Assembly (NCBI GenBank): GCA_963833985.1
Contig: CAWIAD010000002.1
Span: forward strand, 5,024,001 to 5,088,000
Length of the DNA: 64,000 nucleotides
DNA from: an uncultured Planctomycetaceae bacterium
GTDB taxonomy: Bacteria; Planctomycetota; Planctomycetia; Isosphaerales; Isosphaeraceae
Reading direction: 5' to 3'
The translations under genes and the position numbers were made by a program. Below, in pieces: positions 1-9,418 of the stretch. Positions within the stretch are counted from its first letter, which is position 1, and every line of letters starts with the position of its first letter. The notes beneath the pieces are model-generated. The model searched no databases. It was not told where the DNA came from and saw only the letters and a list, made by a program, of their open reading frames with translations.

Positions 1-1483
1 AGATTCCGTGGCTGCCCGTGCCCTCGATCGTGTTGCCCGTCACTTTCGTACCGCTGCCTCCCTTCGCGGGCGGTACGATAAACATGCCATCTCCCGATCC
101 AATCCGGAGCGTGTTGTCCTGGATGACGTTGGACTGGACGAGCGCGCCTTCGGCATGGATTCCCAGGGCAGTTCCCGTGGCGACGATGGTGTTGCCGATG
201 ACCGCAGTATCGGCCGCGAAGATTCCCAGGCAGATGTTGCCGTCGGCCCGGCACTCCAGGGTGTTGCCCGTGATCCGGATCTGCCCGACGTAGGGCGCAT
301 ACTCGACGGGGCCGATGAAATCGGCCAGCACGGCGCCCCAGCCCGAGCCGCCGGTGATATTCCCGCAGTGCACCGTGTTGCGGCTGAATTCGACATCCTT
401 GCCGCCGATGAAGATCCCGGCGACGACCGTCGCATCGGGGTGAAGCGAGAATACGTTGTCTGTCATTTTCAAATGGGCCGCGTATTCTCCGAAGCCGGCG
501 TTCAAGCCCGTGAAGCGGTTGCCGGCGAACACGCCATGGCGGCTGTTTCGCTGGGTCAATTCGAGCGGAGCGTAGCGTGGACCGACGGATGTGAACGTAT
601 TGCCGGTGAACGCGAAATCGACGAGCGTGTTGAGGCTGATTCCCGCGAACTGACGCTCGCCGGTTCCCGTCTCGATGACGAACTCGTTGTTCTCTGCTTT
701 GAACCCGATCGTCTCGGTCACGGCCAGCGGTTCGGCGCCCTGCACCGTCATGTTCCGGACGCCCACGTTCCTGGTCACGAGCGGTGTGATCCGGGCGATG
801 GAGGGCGAAAGGAAAGAACGGGTCAGAGGACGTCTCAGCGTGAGCACGCCGTTTTCGGCTTTCACCGCCGTGACTTGCCCGATCTCCGTGGGTATGACAT
901 CGCCTTGGGTGGACTCATAAATGGCCACGTCATCTTCCGCCTTGAACCGCGTGAGATCGGCGGATCTGGAGAGAGCGACCGAAGTCTCGCCCGCGGTCGT
1001 TGGCCTGAGCGTGACGAATCCGCCGTTGTACCTGGGATACTGGAAGCGGATCACCGTGTATTCGCGGCCGAACGCGAGCACGGTGTTGCGCACCTCGGTC
1101 GCCCGGGGCGCAAGTGCGTGCCGGCCGCCGGGCCCCTGGAGCAACCGCGATCCGCCCGTGCCGCTGAGCGTCACGTTGGAGCCGACAATGAGGTTGTAGA
1201 AGAACCAGGGATGGCTGCTCGGGCGGGACGAATTCAGCAGGCAAGTGCCCGCGGGAAACTCGACCACGCCTCCGCCCGCGGCCTCGGTCGCGTCGATGGC
1301 CTTCTGCACGGCCGCGGTATCGTCGGTCTTGCCGTCGCATGCGGCCCCGAAGTCGATGACCCGGAAAGTTGCTGTGGTTCGGCCTGGGCCGGCTACTGAC
1401 GATGAGGGTTGCGCCTTTGCGATGGTACTCGCCAGCAAGGCGGAAGCAATCGCGATCACGGCGCCGCGCATTGGCAATCTCAT
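1..1483 (-). CDS. Secreted right-handed parallel beta-helix (pectate lyase 3/GH28-like) protein, runs off the window
   Basis: Read manually, since it is absent from the ORF track (no stop in window): MRLPMRGAVIAIASALLASTIAKA signal, then FRVIDFGAACDGKTDDTAAVQKAIDA...GGGVVEFPAGTC and many GNT/NNE beta-helix turns. GAAGGA RBS precedes ATG 1483. Confidence 0.8.
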   Translation of the reverse strand, partial: MRLPMRGAVIAIASALLASTIAKAQPSSSVAGPGRTTATFRVIDFGAACDGKTDDTAAVQKAIDATEAAGGGVVEFPAGTCLLNSSRPSSHPWFFYNLIVGSNVTLSGTGGSRLLQGPGGRHALAPRATEVRNTVLAFGREYTVIRFQYPRYNGGFVTLRPTTAGETSVALSRSADLTRFKAEDDVAIYESTQGDVIPTEIGQVTAVKAENGVLTLRRPLTRSFLSPSIARITPLVTRNVGVRNMTVQGAEPLAVTETIGFKAENNEFVIETGTGERQFAGISLNTLVDFAFTGNTFTSVGPRYAPLELTQRNSRHGVFAGNRFTGLNAGFGEYAAHLKMTDNVFSLHPDATVVAGIFIGGKDVEFSRNTVHCGNITGGSGWGAVLADFIGPVEYAPYVGQIRITGNTLECRADGNICLGIFAADTAVIGNTIVATGTALGIHAEGALVQSNVIQDNTLRIGSGDGMFIVPPAKGGSGTKVTGNTIEGTGSHGI

Positions 1484-1504
1484 TCCGGTTCCTTCACGGC
1501 ATTC

Positions 1505-1735
1505 CTTCGAGCGCCAGACGCCTTGACGTCGACCGGCTTCTTCGTGCGGATGTCGCCCGGGTTGCGGACCTCGCCGGGCGGGACGACAAGGTTCTCGAAC
1601 GGGCGCCCGGCTTACAGTTCCTTGCCGATCCAGACCTTCGCCGTAGAGCGCTGTCCGGGCACCAGTCGTTCCACGCGCAAGCAACCTTCGCCGTCGCGAG
1701 AGCAGGCCGGAATCTTGCCGACCCCGGCATCATCC
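1505..1735 (-). pseudogene. Possible relic of the C-terminus of a carboxypeptidase-regulatory-like domain protein
   Basis: Frame reads DGEGCLRVERLVPGQRSTAKVWIGKEL*AGRPFENLVVPPGEVRNPGDIRTK, resembling the typical 'GRFRIEGLVPG...LKPGEVRDLGDI' ends of such proteins; contains an internal stop. Confidence 0.3.
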
Positions 1736-2037
1736 TGAGCTGCGCGTACCAGTCGGCCTGGCATGCAAAGTCCGCCAGACTCCGGCTCGAAATCCGCGGG
1801 CGCTTCATTTTCATCGAGAATCCGTCTCGTGACCAGCCCAGCGCTTCATACGGACCGTGCAAGGCGTCGTGTCCTTGCCGCGAGCCAGCAGGAATCCGAT
1901 GAATGCCGCGTGGCCTGTCCGTTCTGCCATTTCTGAATTTCGACGAATCGAGACATGAACATCTCCAGATACAAGACAAGGCCAATTCTTCAGGGAGTCG
2001 ACGTCGCAGGCGACGGTCCGTGACTGACGCCATCGGC

Positions 2038-5000
2038 CTACCGTGCGAGAATCGCGAGCATCCGTTTGACCGATTCCGCGGCATCGGGCCGCCTCGGCGG
2101 CGTGGTGAAGTCCAGTTCGAGGCCCTGCTCCCGGGCGAACCGGACGAACGCCAGGTGGTTGTCGAACCGCCGGCCGTGCCGATTGCCCAGGTGATCGAGC
2201 ACGACCCGCCGGGCCGGGCCGAAGCACGTTGGCATCTTGAGAAGCTCGACCAGTTCTTGCGTGGTGAGGCGGCAGGGGAAGGGCTGGGCGGCCGCTTCTC
2301 CGGCCCAGGGGAATTGCCCTGAAATTGCCTGGCCGAGTGCGATGGCAGTGAAGCCCGCTCGGCGGTTGATCTCAGCCGTGCTGGAGTCGTCCAGGACTTC
2401 AGACCAGCGGCTCTCGTTGAGATTGCGCTTTGAAACCAGTCCCATGGACACCTCACAGGCGAGCGCCTTCGCGCTAGCCCTATCCACATACCTGAGAAGG
2501 AGGGGCGAGAGCGAAGGATCACCCCACGGCCCGCCCGCTGGGGCCCTCGTGACAAGCTTCTGCATTGACGAACGTATGACACCGCTGCAGATGCGCGAGG
2601 CATCCGCCGGGTCCATCCGGCCCGCCACCTCCGACAGCGCCGACGCCAGCCACGATCGTTCAGAGGCGTCTGTAGAACGCTCAAGTGCTTCTGCGAGTAT
2701 CTTGGCAGCCTGGCCGCAAATGCGTGAGGCCTCGGTTGGGTCCATCCGGCCCGCCACCTCCGACAGCGCCGACGCCAGCCACGATCGTTCAGAGGCGTCT
2801 GTAGAACGCTCAAGTGCTTCTGCGAGTATCTTGGCAGCCTGGCCGCAAATGCGTGAGGCCTCGGTTGGGTCCATCCTCACCGCTACGGCCGACAACGCCG
2901 ATGCAACAAGCAAGCGGGAATAGGCATCCATATCATGGTCGAGTGCTCCCGCAACTGTCTTGGCCGTCCGGCCGCAAGTGCGCGAGGCATCCGTCGCGTC
3001 CATCCGCACCGCTACCTCCGACAGCGCCGTGGCCAGCGTCCAACCGGCACTGGTCTCCGTCACCATCGACGCAGACCAAAGGGTGGGATCATCCGCCATC
3101 CGGCCGAATGCTTCGGCGAGTGTCTTGGAGGCCCCGGCCGGTTCCATTCGCCCTGCCACAGTCGACAGCGCCGATGCAAGGGACGAGCGTGCGTTGGCAT
3201 CCTTCTCGCGGCCGAGAGCTTCGGTGAGCACCTTGGCGGCCTGGCCGCAAATGCGTGCGGCCTCGGTTGGGTCCGTCCAGCCCGCGACGTTCGACAGGGC
3301 CGACGCCAATGACGAGCGGGCACTGGCATCCCTCTCACGGGCCAGGGCTTCGGCGAGAGTCTTGGCGGCCCTGCCGCAGATGCGAGCGGCCTCGGTCGGG
3401 TCCAAGCGGCCCGACACCACCGACAACACAGACGCAAGATACAAGCGTGCGTTGGGCTCTGTCTCGAGCTCGAGTTCCTTCACGAGGGTGCTGGCGACCT
3501 GGCGCAGATCCGCGCGGCCTCTGTCGGGGCCATACGGCCCGCCACGGTCGACAACGCCCGCGCCAAATTCGAGCGGGTATAGGTGTTCGTCTCACGGTCG
3601 AGTGCATCGGCGAGGGTCTTTGCGGCCTGTCGGCAGGTGAGAGCGGCCTCGGTCGGGGCCGTCCGGCTCGACACAGTCGACAGGGCCGATGCCAGGTACG
3701 TGAGGGAATTGGGCTCCGTCTCACGGCAGAGCGCTTCGGCGAGGGTCCTTGCCGCGATACTAGGATCGATTCGTGCCGAAACAGCGATCAGCCGGTTCGT
3801 CCATGCCGGGTGTTGGTCGGGGAAGTCCCCCGCCAGCCCCTGGATTAGAAGGCCACTTTCGTCTTCGGCCTCCGGACTGGCCCGGTCCTCGAATTCCAGC
3901 GCGACGAAAGCCAGGTCGACCTTGCTCTGGAGTTGAAGCCCGGGATCGCCAAGCCGCTCGGAGAGGAGTCGGGCCGCCCGCTTTCTCTTTTCGGCGTCAA
4001 GGCCAACCGCGGCGATCAACGCCGGCTCGGACCGGGCGCGGAGCTGGCTCAAAGTGATCGGGTCCTTGGTGGCTTCGTCCAGGAAGCGCAGGCCGATGTC
4101 CGTGTTACCGAGCCGGGCGAGCTCCCAGAGGGATTCACTTTCAGGGACCGAGAGCGTGTCCTTGCCATCGCCATCGGGATCGAGCGGCTTGGCGAGACCC
4201 CGGGCGAGGAGGCCTTCCATCGCGTCTCGGTCGTCAAGCGCCTTGCTCTCGGCGACCTCGGCTCGATTGCGTTCTCGCCGTTCCCTGGTGGCAAAGACTG
4301 TTGAGACAACGATGCCGATCAAAAGCGATGCAGCCACGGCACCAGCCAGGCCGCTGACGGCCGGGTTCCGTCTGCACCATCGCCAGAACCGCTCGGCCTG
4401 GCCCACTGGCCTCGCCAGGATCGGCTCGCCCCGGAGCCAGCGGTCCAGGTCGTCGGCCAGGGCCTCGGCCGAGGGATAGCGCCGACCCGGCTCCTTCTCC
4501 AGGCACTTGAGCACGACCGTCTCCAGGTCGCGGTCGAGGCCAGGCCGGATCGACGAGGGACGCGGCGGGTCGGACTCGCGCGCCTGGCGCAAGAGCGTCA
4601 GCGCGTTGTCGCCCGTGAATGGGGTTTGGCCAGTCAACCGCTCGTAGAGGATGACGCCCAGGCTGTACACGTCGGCGGCCACGGTCAGGTCCTTGCGCCC
4701 GGCGGCTTGCTCGGGAGCCATGTACCTCGGCGTGCCCAGCACCTGGCCCGGCTCGGTGAACGAGCGGCCTGTGTCAGCCAGCCGCTTGGCCAGGCCGAAG
4801 TCGGTGACGAGCCGCGTCCCCTGGGGATCGACGAGGACGTTGGAGGGCTTCAAGTCGCGGTGCAAGACCCCGCGCTGGTGGGCGTGGTGCACGGCCCGGA
4901 TCACCTGGATCATCCCCTCCACTTCCCGGCGCGGCTCGCTTCGCGGGTGCCTCGCGAGCGAGGTCCCCTCGACGAACTTCATCGCGTAGTACTGCTGCCC

Positions 5001-5489
5001 CTGGTGCTCGCCCACCTCGTGGATCGGCACGATATGGGGATGATCGAGGTTCGCCGCGGCTTCGGCCTCGGCGTGGAACCTCTGGACGTCACGGCTCGAG
5101 GCGAAGCTGCCGGCGAGGATCATCTTGAGCGCGACGAGCCGATTGAGCGACACCTGCCGCGCCTTGTACACCAGCCCCATCCCGCCCCGGGCGATCTCCT
5201 CCAGCAGCTCGTAGTCGCCGAAATAGCGGACCGTCGGCAGATCGGTGTGGCCGTTCGCCTCGAGTGCATTCGTCGCGTCCAGCCCGTCGGCCATGCGTAA
5301 AGGCGAGGCCACGCGGTCCATGCGATCGAGGTCGGCGAAGAAGGCCTGAAGCGCCTCGGCGTGCTCGAGGTGCTGGTCGAGCAGCTCCTGGCGGTTGGGC
5401 ACTTCGCCGGCCTCGACGGCCAGCATGTAGGCGGCGATGACCGCGTCGAGTGAACTGTGCGAGATCGTCGGGTCGTTCGGCGTCGACAT
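2038..5489 (-). CDS. Membrane Ser/Thr protein kinase with C-terminal 43-aa helical (HEAT-like) repeats; 1-nt frameshift near 3503
   Basis: Hanks motifs [32 protein letters not shown] helix after RRNP. ORFs 3480-5633 and 2038-3483 join if one G is restored in TGC-G(G)C-CAG, which matches the repeat consensus ICGQ. Confidence 0.9.
2609..2876. repeat. Perfect 129-bp tandem duplication inside the kinase repeat region
   Basis: 2609-2747 is identical to 2738-2876; both encode [43 protein letters not shown]. Confidence 0.95.
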
Positions 5490-5646
5490 GGGTTGCGTCC
5501 GATCCAAAAGATCCTTCGTCGCTGAGCATCCAGGCGCTGAGGTCGCCCTATCTCGTAAAGACGACGTTTGCTGGCGAACGAACCATGAATTATCTCGCGG
5601 CAGGGCGAGTCTGCCAGAATCGGAGCGGCACATGGTACCAAGGAGT

Positions 5647-6152
5647 TCAAGGTTCGGTCTCGTAGGGCTCTGGCAAACCGATGCGGCTGAAGGTGTCGGC
5701 GAAGTGTCTGGCGAGGTGTTCCCGATACGGCGTGAGGAGACGAGCCCGACGGCGGCCGGCCATGCCCAGCGCTCTCAGAAGGTCAAGGCGGACCGTATGG
5801 AGCTGACGCAGGTCCACGATCATCTCGTTGAGGCCAAGGTCCGAGCTCGCGGGCAGAAAGTACCACCCATAACCCGGGCCGCCCCCACCGGCCCGCGAAC
5901 GTCGGCGGGCTTGAGCAGACCTTGGTCCACGATGAACTGGGCCTCGTGAACGACCGCAACCGTAAGGTTTGTGACCTTCTGATTCGCGAGATCGCACGCC
6001 TGGGTCAAAACAAGAACTCGGTTTCTTGCGACATTGATCTCGGGTGGATCGTTCCCGTCGAGGTCGAATTCCTTGACCGAAAGAATGAGACACTGATCGA
6101 TCAGGTCCCCTTGATCCAGCGGCTCATCGATCGCGGGGGCTCCGTAGATCAT
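5647..6152 (-). CDS. Putative PemK/MazF-like toxin (~168 aa); frameshift near 5872
   Basis: Joined ORFs give LDQGDL...[12 protein letters not shown]...VAVV...YGWYFLP...[10 protein letters not shown]...[24 protein letters not shown] overlaps the upstream stop (ATGA). Confidence 0.55.
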
Positions 6153-6418
6153 TGGTCGCCCCAATCGTCGGGGATCTCAGGGGGGTCTGGAAGCGGCGTG
6201 GGGCCGGGCCTGGCAATGACGGTGAAGTGTGCCGCGGGAGCCGGAAACTCCACCCAAGGGTCAAGCATCACGTCGGATTCATCGTACGCCGAGATAGGCG
6301 GCAGCTCACTGGCCTCGAGCATGCGCAGCTCGACCACCTTGCCGTTGACCTGGCACCGATAGACACGTCCAGCTTCCAGATCCACCTGCCCGAGGGCTTC
6401 GACAAGGGAAAGGCTCAT
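6149..6418 (-). CDS. Small acidic/Pro-rich protein, putative antitoxin
   Basis: 89 aa, GGAG RBS, translationally coupled to the downstream gene. Confidence 0.55.
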   Translation of the reverse strand: MSLSLVEALGQVDLEAGRVYRCQVNGKVVELRMLEASELPPISAYDESDVMLDPWVEFPAPAAHFTVIARPGPTPLPDPPEIPDDWGDQ

Positions 6419-6466
6419 AGACTCTCCGGTTCACTGGGGGGAACCAGGACACCATTGACACCCTCA

Positions 6467-6496
6467 ATTGTATCGGCAGTCTGGGCTCGGTGGCAG
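6467..6496 (-). promoter_or_regulatory. Sigma70-like promoter for the two-gene module
   Basis: CTGCCA-N18-TACAAT on the minus strand. Confidence 0.45.
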
Positions 6497-6517
6497 GGCG
6501 TGCGGACCTCTCGAGAG

Positions 6518-7078
6518 TCACGCGGGGTCGGTCTTCATCCGTTTCCGCAACTCCTCCAGCCCCCTGCGCAAAAGCGACGCTACGGCCGGGACGCTACGGC
6601 CGATCCGTTCGGCAATCCGGGGGAGCGTCCAGCCCTGGCAGTGCTTCAAGACGACTACCTCGCGCATCAGCTCGGGCAGCTCCGTCAGGGCCCCGACCAT
6701 CCGTAGCAGCTCCTCGTTCCGCTCGGCCCGGCCGCTGGGCGAGGTCTGGTCGGCAGCCAGCCAGGCTGCGAACCCGGACGCCGAGCGGTCCAGGTCGGCG
6801 GCCAGCGACCGCTCCAGGGCGATATCCCGCTTGTCCCGCTCGTAATGCTTGGCGGCGTCGGCCAGCGTCCTGGCCAGGATCCGCCGCAGCCAGGCGACCA
6901 GCACTTCGGGCCGGTGATCGCGCACCTCGCCCAGGGCCGAATACGCGCGCAGCAGAGTCTGCTGGACCACATCGGAGGGGTCGAGCTTGCCACGAAGTTT
7001 CCGGTCAAGGTGCAGGTCCGCCAGCACCTTGAGGTACTTGCGGTACGGTTCCAGGGTTTCCGACGGGTCATGGGTCAT
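6518..7078 (-). CDS. ECF sigma-70 factor, planctomycete kinase-associated type
   Basis: LRGKLDPSDVVQQT, WLRRILA, DQTSPS, region 4 REVVVLKH...SLLRRGLEELR. Confidence 0.9.
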   Translation of the reverse strand: MTHDPSETLEPYRKYLKVLADLHLDRKLRGKLDPSDVVQQTLLRAYSALGEVRDHRPEVLVAWLRRILARTLADAAKHYERDKRDIALERSLAADLDRSASGFAAWLAADQTSPSGRAERNEELLRMVGALTELPELMREVVVLKHCQGWTLPRIAERIGRSVPAVASLLRRGLEELRKRMKTDPA

Positions 7079-7444
7079 GGGCGATCGTCGTTTCCCCTCT
7101 TCCCAGGAAGACGACGTCTTCTCGTCGATGAACCAAGTTTTTTCTCAGCAGTCACCGATTTTGACATTTTCTGCCACGGGATCGTTCGTCTCGGCTCTCG
7201 AGTCTGAGGTACTGCATCATTGTAGGTGCATGTCGGGGGCCATGCAGGCGAAGAGAGTCGACCCGAACGTGGTGGCCACCAGCCTTCTCCTGGCTGCGCT
7301 TGGCCAAGGCCGATACCGCACTGGGCTATGAGCTGGATTCGATCGCCGCCCACGTCGTCGGCAGTATGAAGGAGCTTGAATCGTTATGACCGAGCGTGAA
7401 GCAAGAGTCGCCCTCACCGATCGCTCGCTCTTCAACGAGAGGCA

Positions 7445-7536
7445 CAGACAGAAAAGACGGCGAGTAAGACTGGCGAGTAAGGAGACATGCATTGCAGCCC
7501 ATGTGGTGGAAGGCTGCATTGCCTGTCCCTTCCTTT
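7445..7536. repeat. REP-like imperfect palindrome with a short stuttered purine-rich flank; related to the repeat upstream of the RAYT
   Basis: ggagacatgcattgcagcc-N12-ggctgcattgcctgtcc; the reverse complement GGACAGGCAATGCAGCCT matches 9261-9278 at 17/18. Confidence 0.65.
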
Positions 7537-7553
7537 CGTGGCATCCGGCGCCC

Positions 7554-8258
7554 TTACACGCAGTCCACGAGCTTGCCCCGGATGGCTGCTTTGAAGCCGA
7601 TGAGGCCCGAGGGCTTCACTCCAGGCGGCTCACTCCGCGCCGAGCCGGTCCGGCACAACTGCTCCAGCGTGGCCGCGAACCCGTCGGCCAGCGCCTTGAG
7701 CTGCCCGACGTCCGTGACCCCCTCGCGCACTTCGAGGACGAGCATGTCCACGTCTCGGGGGAAGTCGGGTTCGGCACCCAGGGCGAACCGCCACGGCTTG
7801 TCCCGGACCTCCATGGCGAACCCCGGCCGCGCCCCGATCAGCTCACGGAACCTCGGTTCGGCGAAGAGGGTTCGCACCCTGTCGTCGTCGTTCCCGGTGA
7901 TGACGAACGCCTCGTCGCATTCGGGGAAGCCCACATCGACTTGCCGCCACAGGCCGAGCTTCCTGGCCAGGCGCGTGAAAAATTCGGTGCGGGTGACCGA
8001 GAACCGGAACCCGCCTGGGTTCGAGTAGGGTGCGTACAGCTGAGTAAACGTCCTCTCAGTCTCACGGGTATAGCCACCGATGCTGACGATCCAGGGGCCG
8101 GCCCGGGCGTGGACGGTGCCGTAAGAGTGGACCCAGCGATCGCCGAGTCGGACTGTCCGCCTGTACGGCCCGTCGCCCGGGTGGTATTCGGCACCGATCT
8201 CGCGGCTGAACCGCTGTAAGACTTCGTCCATGTGGAAGCTAGGATCGGACAGGCCCAT
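7554..8258 (-). CDS. Hypothetical protein (DUF3137-like)
   Basis: 234-aa ORF, GGAGG RBS, motifs FRFSVTR, DVGFPECDEAFVITGND, DVGQLKAL. Confidence 0.65.
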   Translation of the reverse strand: MGLSDPSFHMDEVLQRFSREIGAEYHPGDGPYRRTVRLGDRWVHSYGTVHARAGPWIVSIGGYTRETERTFTQLYAPYSNPGGFRFSVTRTEFFTRLARKLGLWRQVDVGFPECDEAFVITGNDDDRVRTLFAEPRFRELIGARPGFAMEVRDKPWRFALGAEPDFPRDVDMLVLEVREGVTDVGQLKALADGFAATLEQLCRTGSARSEPPGVKPSGLIGFKAAIRGKLVDCV

Positions 8259-8294
8259 CGTGACGCCTCCCGGGATTTCGCGCGATTGCCGGTC

Positions 8295-8364
8295 GTTCGC
8301 CGCCCCGTTTCAGGCGGCCCCGGTCCCGCGCCCGGTCGATCAGGATGCGACGCATGGCTTCGCC
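8295..8364 (-). pseudogene. Short relic of an ECF sigma factor region 2
   Basis: Translates EAMRRILIDRARDRGRLKRGG, the hallmark of planctomycete ECF sigmas; no flanking domains. Confidence 0.6.
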
Positions 8365-8386
8365 TCCAGTCGGCTTCCCCCAGCTT

Positions 8387-8842
8387 TCAGCTGCCCCGCT
8401 TCGCCGGAGTCCCATCCCGCGTCAATGCCGCGTAACCGAATCCTGCGAAGAACAGCCCCACACCGCCGAACGCCAGCGGGATCAACCATCGATCGAAGAA
8501 GGTATCGACGTATCCCAGGGATGGCTGAGCCGCCCTGTACCGCACGGCGATGCTCTGCCCGATTGTGAAACTGGCTGGATTGGAACCGACCGCTCCTTTG
8601 CATCGATACGACGAACCATCGACTTCGTAGGCGACGACGGGGATATAGCCCCCCTCGGGGCCCGGCTGGCGCTCCTGCCCGACGATCGTCCCCGTGGTGC
8701 GGACCGTGCCGAACCAAAGGCCCACTGAGCGCACTCCGAAGCCGAGCCCGATCAGGAGGGAAACCGCGCCCATCAGCAGGGAGCACCAAGCTGCCCAAGC
8801 CGGGATGCCGTCTCGACCCTGGCCTGTCGCCTTGGATTTCAT
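8387..8842 (-). CDS. DUF3592-like two-TM membrane protein
   Basis: TM helix, TTGTIV...YIPVVAYEVDG...IGQSIAVRY, second TM helix. Confidence 0.75.
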   Translation of the reverse strand: MKSKATGQGRDGIPAWAAWCSLLMGAVSLLIGLGFGVRSVGLWFGTVRTTGTIVGQERQPGPEGGYIPVVAYEVDGSSYRCKGAVGSNPASFTIGQSIAVRYRAAQPSLGYVDTFFDRWLIPLAFGGVGLFFAGFGYAALTRDGTPAKRGS

Positions 8843-8924
8843 CGGCGATCTCCGCTCGGCCCCCCCCATGATACACGGCTCCCCGGACGATCTCTTGGGA
8901 ATAACCGCCGATTCGGCGAAAGCC

Positions 8925-9164
8925 TTACCCCTCCGCCTTCTCGAGCCTCAGCCCCGTGATCCACTCCTCATCCCGGCCGCCCGCCGCCGCCTGCAGCGGG
9001 TCCACTTGGATCAGCTCGCCCCGCGTGCCGCCCTCGATCTTGTCGGCCACGGCCTTGAGGTTTCTTCTGGTAATCACGAACCACCTCGCTGTAGGCTTGG
9101 TCGTCGTAGTCGACGTTGCGATTGATGTCGAGCTTGTCGAAGGCAGCCGCGTCGGCGATGGCCT
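8925..9164 (-). pseudogene. 5'-truncated gene fragment cut off at the purine-rich tract
   Basis: AIADAAAFDKLDINRNVDYDDQAYSEVVRDYQK / LKAVADKIEGG...EKAEG* with coding-like codon usage and one frameshift; no start codon. Confidence 0.4.
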
Positions 9165-9382
9165 AAAAGGACAGAAGGACAGGAAAGACAGAAAAGGACG
9201 GAAAGACAGAAAAGGACAGGAAAGACAGAAAAGGACAGGCATACAGAAAAGTACAGAAAAGGACAGGCAACGCAGCCTTGCCCTGGCCGCACTGATCAAA
9301 GACAGAAAGGACAAGACAGAAAAGGACAGAAAAGAGGACAGAAAAGGACAGGCAACGCAGCCTTGCCCTGGCCGCACTGATC
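9165..9382 (+). repeat. Stuttered (A)nGGACAG tract with two exact 45-bp copies of a REP-like end
   Basis: About 17 GACAG-type units; acagaaaaggacaggcaacgcagccttgccctggccgcactgatc at 9253-9297 and 9338-9382. Confidence 0.9.
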
Positions 9383-9418
9383 TGATAGGTTGCGCAGATC
9401 TTGCCAGGAGGTTCGTTC

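Noticed and set aside
8..1399. 463-aa plus-strand ORF and other long shadow ORFs (e.g. 14379-15896, 36529-38115, 48784-50298, 58695-60350)
   Set aside because: Antisense to well-supported genes; typical high-GC shadow frames
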